NCBI GenBank assembly: GCA_965224465.1
Contig: OZ245049.1
Coordinates: forward strand, 4,530,001 to 4,562,000
DNA: 32,000 bases
DNA from: Flavobacteriaceae bacterium
GTDB lineage: Bacteria; Bacteroidota; Bacteroidia; Flavobacteriales; Flavobacteriaceae
Direction: 5' to 3'
In this document: positions 19,634 to 31,411 of the stretch, piece by piece
How positions within the stretch are numbered: the stretch's first letter is position 1
Layout of the letters: the number at the start of each line of letters is the position of its first letter
Position numbers and translations under genes: made by a program
The notes under the pieces: model-generated
Databases searched by the model: none
What the model saw: the letters and a program-made list of their open reading frames with translations, nothing else
What the model was told of the DNA's origin: nothing

Positions 19634-20758
19634 GCTGAATTCAAGTCACAAACGCAACTTTTAGTTAAATAATAATTGTTCCATTACAAATATAGGGTTT
19701 TCGTATTTATGTCTCTTCCTAGGTCTGTTATTTAATTTTGTTTCTACCTCTTTGATTCTTTGATCTGTTAGGTTTGTAAAGTCACTTCCTTTGGCAAAAT
19801 ATTGTCTAATCAAACCATTTAAATTTTCGTTAGATCCTCTTTCCCAAGAGTGATATGGATGCGCAAAAAAGTAATCAATACATAAATTTTCTGCAACCTG
19901 CTCATGGCCTGCAAATTCTTTTCCATTATCAGCTGTTATAGTATGTAGATAAGGCTTCCAGTCTTCTAATATTTCATTGATAGCTTTAGTGACAACAACT
20001 GCTTCTTTAGAGCTTACTTTTTTCATTTTAAGCATTCCAGAAGCTCTATCGTTTACGGTAAGTATGGCTTGATTATGGTTTTTACCTATGATTAAATCGA
20101 CCTCTAAATCTCCAAATCGATTTCTTTGTTCAACAACTTCAGGGCGTTGTTCTATACTAATACGATTCTTTATAACCCCTCTAGAATCCTTTGATGAGCC
20201 ACGTTTTCTATATCTCCTTCCCTGTCTGCGAAGGTGTGTATGTAAATCACCATCATTCCTCTTGTCTTCCCTAATATGCTGATATATACGCTCAATAGAC
20301 ACCGTTTCTTTACCTTGTTTTTTTAGGACACCAACTACTTGCTCAGGACTATAATCGTCTCGCAATAACAACTCTATTGCTTGTTGAATATCTTCTGTAA
20401 AGCGTTTTCTTTTAGGCTTTTCTTTATGACGTTTAGCATACTTTTTTTGGGCTAATTCATGCTTGTAAACTCCATTTCTTTTGTCTGAATTACGCTTAAT
20501 CTCTTTGCTAATAACAGACTTGTCTTTTCCTATAGCAGCTGCTATCTCAACCTGTTTATAACCTTGTTTTAACATGCAACAAATTGTGTATCTTTGCGCT
20601 TGGGTGATGTGTTTCATACAACTTCTTTTTTCGAGATTTGAGACCGTAAGATACATATCCATCAAGACAAGAAAGGTAGGTTTTCCTACTTTTCTGTTTT
20701 GAAAATATAACCATCATAGAATCAAATCGAAAAGTTGCGTTTATTAGTTGAATTTAAG
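19634..20758 (-). mobile_element. IS30-family insertion sequence, copy B (1125 bp)
   Basis: About 99% identical to copy A, same orientation. Flanked by a 3-bp direct duplication TTA (19631..19633 and 20759..20761). Confidence 0.9.
19661..20617 (-). CDS. IS30 family transposase
   Basis: Differs from the copy A protein by one residue (VGILKK versus VGVLKK). Start chosen as for copy A. Confidence 0.9.
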   Translation of the reverse strand: MKHITQAQRYTICCMLKQGYKQVEIAAAIGKDKSVISKEIKRNSDKRNGVYKHELAQKKYAKRHKEKPKRKRFTEDIQQAIELLLRDDYSPEQVVGVLKKQGKETVSIERIYQHIREDKRNDGDLHTHLRRQGRRYRKRGSSKDSRGVIKNRISIEQRPEVVEQRNRFGDLEVDLIIGKNHNQAILTVNDRASGMLKMKKVSSKEAVVVTKAINEILEDWKPYLHTITADNGKEFAGHEQVAENLCIDYFFAHPYHSWERGSNENLNGLIRQYFAKGSDFTNLTDQRIKEVETKLNNRPRKRHKYENPIFVMEQLLFN

Positions 20759-22198
20759 TTATACCCAGATGCTATAAGTAATGTATCTACTGCTATTGTA
20801 GAGACAGACGGTACAGGTACAATTAATATAGAAGAACAAAACCTCGAATACACCTATCTCAAAAATGGTATAGAACTAAAGGTTGGGTATTTTTACAATA
20901 AGACTTTTGATACTTCTGTAGAAAAAATAATTGGACTAAAAATAGGAGAATGGACGAATGATTTTATTGATAAAGCTTGGATTTTAAGATACTTTTTACT
21001 CAGAGATAATCAAGCACAAACCTATTTTATCCCTGTTGGAACTTGTAGGTACCCGAATCAAACCGTTGTCATAAAAATATATCCAGACATAAATTGGTCT
21101 ATTTCATTTTCTTTTGGGAAGGTAGATCCAAAACATAAAGAAGATTGGCAAAGTGGCTTGTCCGAAAAAAAAGCAGCACTAATAAATAAGTATAAAGAAG
21201 AAATATCCGAAACAAAAGCAGCACTAATAAATAAGTGTAAAGAAGTAATTTTTAGAAGTAAACAGCTCTCCGTAGAAGAAAAGAAAAAAAAAGAAGTATT
21301 AAAAAAAATCAACTTCTCACTTGGTATAGCCGCTGCTTATGGTACAAATAAAATTAATTTAACACCTGATTTAGGTAAAAAAATACATGACCTAATATAT
21401 GAGTTTGCCAAAGCCAAAAACTTAATTGATTCTATAAGTGGAAATTCTGTTAGTAAAGAAAAACAAAATTCATTATACAAAAATCGGATAAAAAATCTTG
21501 GTGGAAAATGGATGAAAAAACTAGACAAACTACCTGTTACCATAACAGTGTATCAACCCAGTTTTTCAGCTGGTTTTGCATGGGGTAGGAAAACATTGGA
21601 ATCACAAACAAATTGCAATGCTCCTATAACATATGATGTGTTTTTAAAAGCAGATCCTTTATTTAAAATGGAAGGAAGCCTAGATTTAATTACCTGTGCT
21701 ACTTTTATGCCTGTTATTGGACAGGTAATAAAAGTAGTTGATATTGTATTAAATGTTGCTGGAATAGAGCCTGTATTGAAGCTTACTGCCATGGGGGAAA
21801 TTAAATTATCACTAATAGGTACAATAAAAGTTGACGGCGACACCAATGAGAAAAAACTAGAAACTAAAATGAGTGCAGGACTCAAAATGACTATAGAAGC
21901 AAGTATTACTATAGGAGATGGACTGGTAGGATTTATGTTTGCTGGTGGTGATATTATTGGCACTGTGACAAAGAAGACCTATACCGCCTATGCGGAAACA
22001 GGATTTGAATTAAACCTATCCACTGGCGTTACGGCTCATAAAGGCCCCTATGTAGGAGTGAAACTAGAATTCCTAGGTCTTATTGCTGCAGGGAAATTAG
22101 AAACAAAAATAGATAAATTTGGAGGGACTTCCGAAGAACTATTTAAGTATACTATTATAGAGAAAACTACTTTTATAGACAAAACTTTTTACTTTTAA
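20759..22198 (+). pseudogene. 3' part (about 478 codons) of the IS30-interrupted candidate effector gene
   Basis: Removing the IS and one TTA copy joins ...MEDAYIL to YPDAISNV... in frame. The first 8 codons of the track ORF (MRLLVEFK) are IS-derived. The C-terminal ~220 aa are rich in Gly, Ala, Ile and Thr (GDGLVGFMFAGGDIIG, LGLIAAG). Confidence 0.75.
21161..21250 (+). repeat. 2 x 45-bp in-frame tandem repeat inside the effector gene
   Basis: tccgaaaaaaaagcagcactaataaataagtataaagaagaaata followed by tccgaaacaaaagcagcactaataaataagtgtaaagaagtaatt (SEKKAALINKYKEEI / SETKAALINKCKEVI). Confidence 0.85.
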
Positions 22199-22202
22199 AA
22201 TT

Positions 22203-23144
<942 letters not shown>

Positions 23145-23155
23145 TAAAAGAAAGT

Positions 23156-24058
23156 ATGAATAGAATTTTATTGATTTCGTGGGGCTGTATTTTTTTCTGT
23201 TGTTCAGTGTATGGACAACAGAAAAAAAACATGAACACCCAAACCAGCCAACAGAACAATTACCCGTATAAAAACGACAGCCGACCTGGTTATTATTTAC
23301 AAATAAATAATCAGAATTGTTATTACGAACTGGATATAAATGGCTTAAGCAGTACAGAGTATTATGGTGAATATCCTGCTTATTCAACAAGAATACCTCT
23401 AAATCTTCAAATATTAAAAAGTGGAACACAAAGTCTTTCCTTAAAAATAGTTCCTTATAAAGGTGATACCCTGTCTCCAAAAGCCAACCTGCAAATGCGT
23501 TTGATAAAATATGCAGACATGACAGATTTAGAAAACGAATATGGAGGAAGTACCGTATTGTGGAACTGGGAAATGCCAGATATTGAGAACCAAAAACTAC
23601 CCTTATTTGTTTATGATACTGTATTTAAAGCGGAGGTGCCCTATTCAATTAATACACTTGACACCAAGGCAGTTGATTTATCTAAAATAGACAAAGACAT
23701 ACTGCTAGAGAAAGTACTTACAGAATTTACTAGGATTAGAGCATCTGTTATTAATAAAACACAAGACAAAGAAGCTTTATGTAAATTGGTAAATCGTGGA
23801 ATTATACAATTATACAAAGGAGAAAAACTTAAAGACGAGGTGGTTGATGATATGATAAATCTTGGAGATGGAAAAGAACCACAAGCCTTAGAGAATTTTG
23901 AAATGTGCATGTATTATCACAATAGAACTGTAACTCTGGTTAGAAAAGTTAATAAAGGAGCTGTTATCTGGTTTGAGAATCCAGAAACGGGAGGGACATC
24001 CTGGCAGCCTGTTTATATATACATAGATAAGGTTACTGGGAAATGGGTGCGATGGTAA
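23156..24058 (+). CDS. family-A lipoprotein or secreted paralogue A2
   Basis: Start placed at MNRILLISWGCIFFCCSVYGQQKK. The MGAMVIKES extension in the track is the 3' end of A1 read in another frame. Only 2 Gln at the tract position. Confidence 0.75.
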   Translation: MNRILLISWGCIFFCCSVYGQQKKNMNTQTSQQNNYPYKNDSRPGYYLQINNQNCYYELDINGLSSTEYYGEYPAYSTRIPLNLQILKSGTQSLSLKIVPYKGDTLSPKANLQMRLIKYADMTDLENEYGGSTVLWNWEMPDIENQKLPLFVYDTVFKAEVPYSINTLDTKAVDLSKIDKDILLEKVLTEFTRIRASVINKTQDKEALCKLVNRGIIQLYKGEKLKDEVVDDMINLGDGKEPQALENFEMCMYYHNRTVTLVRKVNKGAVIWFENPETGGTSWQPVYIYIDKVTGKWVRW

Positions 24059-24069
24059 TAAAAGAAAGT

Positions 24070-24972
24070 ATGAATAGAATTTTATTGATTTCGTGGGGCT
24101 GTATTTTTTTCTGTTGTTCAGTGTATGGACAACAGAAAAAAAACATGAACACCCAAACCAGCCAACAGAACAATTACCCGTATAAAAACGACAGCCGACC
24201 TGGTTATTATTTACAAATAAATAATCAGAATTGTTATTACGAACTGAGAATTAATGATTTTAATGGAGGTAATTATTTTGGTATGTACCCATCATATTCA
24301 GTACGGATCCCTTTAAATTTACGAATATTAAAAAGTGGAAAACAAAGTCTTTCTTTAAAAATAGTTCCTTATAAAGGTGATACCCTGTCTCCCAAAGCCA
24401 ACCTACAAATGCGTTTGATAAAATATGCAGACATGACAGATTTAGAAAACGAATATGGAGGAAGTACTGTATTGTGGAGCTGGGAAATGCCAGATATTGA
24501 GAATCAAAAATTACCCTTATTTGTTTATGATACTGTATTTAATGCAGAAGTGCCCTATACACTTGATAGACTTGACACCAAGGCAGTTGATTTATCTAAA
24601 ATAGACAAAGACATACTGCTAGAGAAAGTACTTACAGAATTTACTAGGATAAGAGCATCTATTATTAATAAAACACAAGACAAAGAAGCTTTATGTGATT
24701 TTATAGATTGTGCACTTATACAATTATACAAAGGAGAAAAACTTAAAGACGAGGTGATTGATGGTATGATAAATCTTGGAGATGGAAAAGAACCACAACC
24801 CTTAGAGAATTTTGAAATGCGCATGTATTATCACAATAGAATTGTAACTCTGGTTAGGAAAGTTAATAAAAGGTCTGCTATCTGGTTTGAGAATCCAGAA
24901 ACAGGAGGGACATCCTGGCAGCCTGTTAATCTATACATAGATAAGGTTACTGGGAAATGGGTGCGATGGTAA
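24070..24972 (+). CDS. family-A paralogue A3
   Basis: Same architecture as A2. Carries the alternative variable patch ELRINDFNGGNYFGMYPSYSVR. Confidence 0.75.
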   Translation: MNRILLISWGCIFFCCSVYGQQKKNMNTQTSQQNNYPYKNDSRPGYYLQINNQNCYYELRINDFNGGNYFGMYPSYSVRIPLNLRILKSGKQSLSLKIVPYKGDTLSPKANLQMRLIKYADMTDLENEYGGSTVLWSWEMPDIENQKLPLFVYDTVFNAEVPYTLDRLDTKAVDLSKIDKDILLEKVLTEFTRIRASIINKTQDKEALCDFIDCALIQLYKGEKLKDEVIDGMINLGDGKEPQPLENFEMRMYYHNRIVTLVRKVNKRSAIWFENPETGGTSWQPVNLYIDKVTGKWVRW

Positions 24973-25186
24973 TAAAAAAAGTTAAAATTTGATTACCCAC
25001 GGTATTTTACATAGAGTCTGATTTTTCGACGGATTTTTATTTTTCAGGAGTCACCATTTTTGTTAAATTTCAAGGAGGGAGAAAAAAAGAGGGTAAAGCA
25101 GACTCTACTTTTCACATAATCGACGATTTAAGCACTTCTTTTGATATTTTAAAAAAGAAAGGAGAATTCAAATAAAATAATAAAAA

Positions 25187-26008
25187 ATGAAATCACAAAA
25201 ACACCTTATACTAAGCATTGCAATGCTAGTACTTGTTAATTGTAAAGGACAAGAAAGTAAAAAAACAAACGATCATAAAAAATACGCAATGAATATACCA
25301 AAAAAACAATATTTCCTGAACTATGAGCTATTTATGTCTTATGAATTATATATAAATGATGTAAAATTAACCAATAATTTTCAATCGGGACCAGTATCTG
25401 GTATGGAGTATTTGAATGATTACATTCTGAATTCGGGAAAACAAACAATAACATTAATTGACCGTGATTTAGAACCTGATTCTAATATGCCAAATGATAT
25501 ATTTAAAAAAATAAGTTTAGCAATTTATAGTGCAGATGAAAATGATGAAAACACAAAGTTGGAAAAGAAGTTTGATTTCCCTGATATACCAACTCCAAGA
25601 CCATATTATTATAAAAACACATGGGAGTTTGATGCTGAAGTTCCTTACACCGTAGACGGATGGAAAGATGGGCAAGATTTATCAAAAATAGATCAAAAAG
25701 AGTTGAAGAAAATGGTGGTAGCGAAATTTCAACACTTAAGAACAATTTTAAATCAAGGAAAAGTAGATCAATTTATGGAAGAAAACGCCAAAGGATATAA
25801 GGAATTTGTTATTACCAACTATTATCAAAAAAAATGGCATGAATTTGACGAAAACATTAGAGAAACTATAGGTAATCAAAAGGGAATTATGCTTCCTTTA
25901 GAGCATTATAAAATGAAAATAGTTGCAAATGGTCAATTGGTAACCTTAGAAAGAATTAACCTCCCTTATAAAGGACAAAGTGCATTGTTAGCAATCAATG
26001 AAAAATAA
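25187..26008 (+). CDS. family-B lipoprotein B1 (distant paralogue of family A)
   Basis: 273 aa, lipobox LVNCKG. Shares architecture with family A (YELYINDVKL... / ...SGKQTITL / FDAEVPYTVDGW..DLSKIDQKEL). Ends at a TAA that is followed by 33 more in-frame codons. Confidence 0.7.
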   Translation: MKSQKHLILSIAMLVLVNCKGQESKKTNDHKKYAMNIPKKQYFLNYELFMSYELYINDVKLTNNFQSGPVSGMEYLNDYILNSGKQTITLIDRDLEPDSNMPNDIFKKISLAIYSADENDENTKLEKKFDFPDIPTPRPYYYKNTWEFDAEVPYTVDGWKDGQDLSKIDQKELKKMVVAKFQHLRTILNQGKVDQFMEENAKGYKEFVITNYYQKKWHEFDENIRETIGNQKGIMLPLEHYKMKIVANGQLVTLERINLPYKGQSALLAINEK

Positions 26009-26141
26009 AATACGATATACACTGATTATATTCATTTATATATGCCAAAAGGAAAAACAAGCTTAGAGCCAATACGTCTGAATATAGAATATGAGGTTGC
26101 TCATTTTTAAAAACAACAACTTTACAACAGATTAATCATCA

Positions 26142-26311
26142 ATGATAAAAAGGCTGCTATCTGGTTTAAGAATTCAAAAACGAGAGGAACATCCTGGCAG
26201 CCTGTTTATACCAAATACATTTCCAAGAGACGGTTTAGAAATGGAATTATTTTTTATATCGGTCATTTTGGATTGTAATTGGTATCATATATACATAGAT
26301 AAGGTTAAAGG
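26142..26311 (+). pseudogene. remnant of a family-A gene 3' end, frameshifted and carrying a MITE insertion
   Basis: aaaaggctgctatctggtttaagaattcaaaaacgagaggaacatcctggcagcctgtttata ... tatatacatagataaggtta aligns to the conserved A-gene tail (NKRAAIWFENPETGGTSWQPVYIYIDKV). Confidence 0.65.
26211..26286 (+). mobile_element. 76-bp MITE-like element, copy 3, inserted in the A-gene remnant
   Basis: Intact paralogues read cctgtttatatatacatag. Here 76 bp are inserted and ATA (or TA) is duplicated at the junctions. Near-identical to 1408..1483. Confidence 0.65.
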
Positions 26312-27242
26312 GCAAAGTGGCTTGTCCGAAAAAAAAGAAGTATTAAAAAAAATCAACTTCTCACTTGGTATAGCCGCTGCTTATGGTACAAATAAAATTA
26401 ATTTAACACCTGATTTAGGTAAAAAAATACATGACCTAATATATGAGTTTGCCAAAGCCAAAAACTTAATTGATTCTATAAGTGGAAATTCTGTTAGTAA
26501 AGAAAAACAAAATTCATTATACAAAAATCGGATAAAAAATCTTGGTGGAAAATGGATGAAAAAACTAGACAAACTACCTGTTACCATAACAGTGTATCAA
26601 CCCAGTTTTTCAGCTGGTTTTGCATGGGGTAGGAAAACATTGGAATCACAAACAAATTGCAATGCTCCTATAACATATGATGTGTTTTTAAAAGCAGATC
26701 CTTTATTTAAAATGGAAGGAAGCCTAGATTTAATTACCTGTGCTACTTTTATGCCTGTTATTGGACAGGTAATAAAAGTAGTTGATATTGTATTAAATGT
26801 TGCTGGAATAGAGCCTGTATTGAAGCTTACTGCCATGGGGGAAATTAAATTATCACTAATAGGTACAATAAAAGTTGACGGCGACACCAATGAGAAAAAA
26901 CTAGAAACTAAAATGAGTGCAGGACTCAAAATGACTATAGAAGCAAGTATTACTATAGGAGATGGACTGGTAGGATTTATGTTTGCCGGTGGTGATATTA
27001 TTGGTGCTGTGACAAAAAACACCTATACCGCCTATGCGGAAACAGGATTTGAATTAAACCTATCCACTGGCGTTACGGCTCATAAAGGCCCCTATGTAGG
27101 AGTGAAACTAGAATTCCTAGGTCTTATTGCTGCAGGGAAATTAGAAACAAAAATGGATGAATATGGAGGGACTTCCGAAGAAACTTTTAAGTATATTATT
27201 ATAGATAAAACTACTTTTATAGATAAAACTTTTTACTTTTAA
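26312..27242 (+). pseudogene. orphan copy of the effector C-terminal module (duplicate of about 21147..22198, lacking a 120-bp repeat segment)
   Basis: Near-identical to the 3' third of the effector gene from WQSGLSEKK onward, diverging only in about the last 35 codons. It has no N-terminal region of its own. The track ORF 26142..27242 is a chimera reading through the A remnant and the MITE. Confidence 0.7.
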
Positions 27243-27246
27243 AATT

Positions 27247-28179
<933 letters not shown>

Positions 28180-28190
28180 TAAAAGAAAGT

Positions 28191-29094
28191 ATGAATAGAA
28201 TTTTATTGATTTCGTGGGGCTGTATTTTTTTCTGTTGTTCAGTGTATGGACAACAGAAAAAAAACATGAACACCCAAACCAGCCAACAGAACAATTACCC
28301 GTATAAAAACGACAGCCGACCTGGTTATTATTTACAAATAAATAATCAGAATTGTTATTACGAACTGAGAATTAATGATTTTAATGGGGGTAAATATTTT
28401 GATATGTACCCATCATATTCAGTACGAATCCCCTTAAATTTACGAATATTAAAAAGTGGAACACAAAGTCTTTCTTTAAAAATAGTTCCTTATAAAGGTG
28501 ACACCCTGTCTCCAAAAGCCAACCTACAAATGCGTTTGATAAAATATGCAGACATGACAGATTTAGAAAACGAATATGGAGGAAGTACCGTATTGTGGAA
28601 CTGGGAAATGCCAGATATTGAGAATCAAAAACTACCCTTATTTGTTTATGATACTGTATTTAATGCAGAGGTGCCCTATACAATTAATACACTTGACACC
28701 AAGGCAGTTGATTTATCTAAAATAGACAAAGACATACTGCTAGAGAGAGTACTTACAGAATTTACTAGGATAAGAGCATCTATTATTAATAAATCACAAG
28801 ATAAAAAAGATTTAATAAGGGGGATAAGACGTCCGCTTATTCAGTTATATAAGGGAGAAAAACTTAAAGACGAGGTGATTGATGGTATGATAAATCTTGG
28901 AGACGGAAAAGAACCGCAACCCTTAGAAAATTTTGAAATGCACTTGTATTATCACAATAGAATTGTAACTCTGGTTAGAAAAGTTAATAAAAGGGCTGCT
29001 ATCTGGTTTTGAGAATCCAGAAACGGGAGGGACATCCTGGCAGCCTGTTTATATATACATAGATAAGGTTACTGGGAAATGGGTGCGATGGTAA
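28191..29094 (+). pseudogene. family-A paralogue A5, frameshifted near the 3' end
   Basis: T4 at 29007..29010 where all other paralogues have T3 (ctggtttgagaatcc). This creates TGA at 29010..29012. The remaining 27 codons of the conserved tail continue in the +1 frame to the stop at 29092..29094. Confidence 0.7.
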
Positions 29095-29308
29095 TAAAAA
29101 AAGTTAAAATTTGATTACCCACGGTATTTTACATAGAGTCTGATTTTTCGACGGATTTTTATTTTTCAGGAGTCACCATTTTTGTTAAATTTCAAGGAGG
29201 GAGAAAAAAAGAGGGTAAAGCAGACTCTACTTTTCACATAATCGACGATTTAAGCACTTCTTTTGATATTTTAAAAAAGAAAGGAGAATTCAAATAAAAT
29301 AATAAAAA

Positions 29309-29404
29309 ATGAAATCACAAAAACACCTCATACTAAGCATTGCAATGCTAGTACTTGTTAATTGTAAAGGACAAGAAAGTAAAAAAACAAACGATCATAA
29401 AAAA
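29309..29404 (+). pseudogene. family-B lipoprotein gene B2, 5' part (32 codons), interrupted by IS66-family element
   Basis: MKSQKHLILSIAMLVLVNCKGQESKKTNDHKK is identical to the B1 N-terminus. The upstream 215-bp intergenic region matches the one before B1. Confidence 0.75.
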
Positions 29405-29483
29405 GTAAGCGTACGGAGAACTACATCTTGTAAGAAGTTAAAAATAATCTAATTTTTGCATCTAAACAAAAACGAAAATATAA

Positions 29484-29837
29484 ATGTTAGGATTAGGTAC
29501 AGAACACACGTATTATTATCACTTATCTGCAGTTGATATGCGAAAAGGATTTAATGGATTAAGTGGATTAGTTAGTGAGCACATGGAACAAGAGCGAGAT
29601 AGAAATAGTGTTTATGCATTTATCAATAAGCAAAAAAATAAACTAAAACTTCTTCATTGGCGACCTGGAGGATTTGTACTGTATTATAAACGATTGGAAC
29701 GAGGTATTTTTGAGCTTCCAAAATACGACATTGAAGATGGATTAGTAGTTTTGAGTTATACCCAAATGGTTATGGTTTTAGACGGAATTAGTATTATAAA
29801 TACTCAGAAAAACGAACGTTATTTAGAGGCTAAATAA
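29484..29837 (+). CDS. tnpB: IS66 family accessory protein TnpB
   Basis: 117 aa. DMRKGFNGLSGLV and LKLLHWRPGGFVLYYKRLERG motifs are typical of IS66 Orf2. Confidence 0.85.
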   Translation: MLGLGTEHTYYYHLSAVDMRKGFNGLSGLVSEHMEQERDRNSVYAFINKQKNKLKLLHWRPGGFVLYYKRLERGIFELPKYDIEDGLVVLSYTQMVMVLDGISIINTQKNERYLEAK

Positions 29838-29880
29838 TTCAATAAAACTGTAGGTTTTACCTGCTATTTAGTCTTGTTTT

Positions 29881-31383
29881 TTGTATATTTATAGTGTGGA
29901 AAACAATACAATAGACATACAAAAAGAGCTGGTAATTTTAAAGATTGAACTTGAAAAAACAGCTCAAGAACTAGCTGAAATTAAGCAGCAATACGAGCAG
30001 CTTAAAAGAATGGTTTTCGGGTCTAAAAGCGAACGTTTTATCCCTGTTGACACAAATCAATTGTCGCTTTTCGGAAAAATAATAGCTGAGAAAGAAGAGG
30101 CATACAAAAAACATATTGTAATCTACGAAAGAAAACAAAAGAAGAAAGGAGAGAAAAAACCTGTTCGCTCTTCTATACCTGCGCATTTTCCGCGAGTAGA
30201 AGAGATTATAGAGCCTAAGCACATAGAAGAAGGAGCTGTAAAAATAGGAGAAGAAGTTACAGAACTTTTAGAAATAACGCCTCTTTCCGTTTTTGTAAGA
30301 CGAATTGTAAGACCTAAATATGCACTTCCGGAAGAAAAAGGCGTTGTTATAGCAGAATTACCAAGCTTACCGATACCTAAAGGAAATGCATCAGCAAGTT
30401 TATTGGCCTTTATACTTATTTCAAAATTTGTAGACCATTTACCACTTTACAGATTAATTCAAATTTTTAAACGACAAGATTTAAAAGTAAGTAAATCAAC
30501 AATTGGAGGATGGGTATCTAAAAGTTCGGAGCTTATCGCTCCTTTATACGATACATTTAAGGCTCAGTTTTTAGAAAATGCCAATTATATTCAAGCAGAC
30601 GAATCTCCTATAAAGGTTTTAGATAAAGACAAGAAAAAATCAACACACAGAGGGTATATGTGGGTGTATCGAAATCCTGTTAAAAATTTAGTTCTTTTTG
30701 AATACAATAAAGGGAGAGGAAAAGTTGTTCCAGAAGAGTTTTTTAAAGATTTCAATGGGACACTACAGTCCGATGGGTATGCTGCATACCAAAACTTAAC
30801 AACAAAAGGAGAAATTACTCTTTTAGGTTGCATGGCTCATGCTAGGCGGTATTTTGAGAAGGCGCTGGATAATGATCCTAAAAGAGCGGATGTTGTTTTG
30901 TTGGAAATTCAAAAGCTATACAAGATAGAACGTAAAATAAAAGAACAAGAATTAACTATTGAGCAAACTAAAGCATATAGAGAAAAACATGCATCACCTG
31001 TTTTAGACGGAATAGAAATTTATCTTACAAAAGAGCGAAAAAACGTACTGCCTAAAAGTGCCATAGGAAAAGCAATTGCTTATACTCTTAAAATATGGCA
31101 AAACCTAAAACTATACATCGATGATGGCAGGTTTGAAATAGACAACAATAATATAGAAAATGCCATAAGACCTTTAGCTATTGGCAGAAAAAATTATCTC
31201 TTTGCTGGCAGTCATGAGTCCGCACAAAACATAGCTCTATTTTATAGCTTTTTTGCTACTTGCAAAAAGAATAACGTAAACCCACATACGTGGCTATGTG
31301 ATGTCCTTAATAGATTACCAGAACATAAGGCTAATAAACTTTCGGAGTTACTGCCTCAAAATTGGAAGCCTGTTGATAAATAA
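29881..31383 (+). CDS. IS66 family transposase (TnpC)
   Basis: About 500 aa. N-terminal coiled coil and KRMVFGSKSERF, DHLPLYRL, ADESPIKVL...GYMWVY, and CMAHARRYF motifs. The start codon is uncertain (TTG 29881 or GTG 29895). Confidence 0.9.
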   Translation: MYIYSVENNTIDIQKELVILKIELEKTAQELAEIKQQYEQLKRMVFGSKSERFIPVDTNQLSLFGKIIAEKEEAYKKHIVIYERKQKKKGEKKPVRSSIPAHFPRVEEIIEPKHIEEGAVKIGEEVTELLEITPLSVFVRRIVRPKYALPEEKGVVIAELPSLPIPKGNASASLLAFILISKFVDHLPLYRLIQIFKRQDLKVSKSTIGGWVSKSSELIAPLYDTFKAQFLENANYIQADESPIKVLDKDKKKSTHRGYMWVYRNPVKNLVLFEYNKGRGKVVPEEFFKDFNGTLQSDGYAAYQNLTTKGEITLLGCMAHARRYFEKALDNDPKRADVVLLEIQKLYKIERKIKEQELTIEQTKAYREKHASPVLDGIEIYLTKERKNVLPKSAIGKAIAYTLKIWQNLKLYIDDGRFEIDNNNIENAIRPLAIGRKNYLFAGSHESAQNIALFYSFFATCKKNNVNPHTWLCDVLNRLPEHKANKLSELLPQNWKPVDK

Positions 31384-31411
31384 TCAAGGGTGTACTTTAC
31401 CGTACGCTTAC

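Larger units (their letters stand above)
29405..31411 (+). mobile_element. IS66-family insertion sequence (tnpB plus transposase, no tnpA seen)
   Basis: Terminal inverted repeats GTAAGCGTACGG... (left) and ...CCGTACGCTTAC (right), 12 bp perfect and then imperfect. Flanked by the direct duplication CATAAAAAA (8-9 bp, boundary ambiguous by 1 nt). The uninterrupted target is seen in B1. Confidence 0.85.

Noticed and set aside
8725-20758. Composite transposon formed by the two IS30 copies
   Set aside because: Each copy has its own matching 3-bp target duplication (GTT/GTT and TTA/TTA). The outer flanks (GTT and TTA) do not match each other. This indicates two independent insertions rather than movement of the block as one unit.
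24973-25186. Possible small coding remnant in the duplicated A-to-B intergenic region (…GVTIFVKFQGGRKKEGKADSTFHIIDDLSTSFDILKKKGEFK, stop at about 25173)
   Set aside because: The frame is open for only about 50 codons, has no start codon and shows no recognisable similarity. The 9-bp inverted repeat tagagtctg/cagactcta is too short to interpret. It is kept as a note only.
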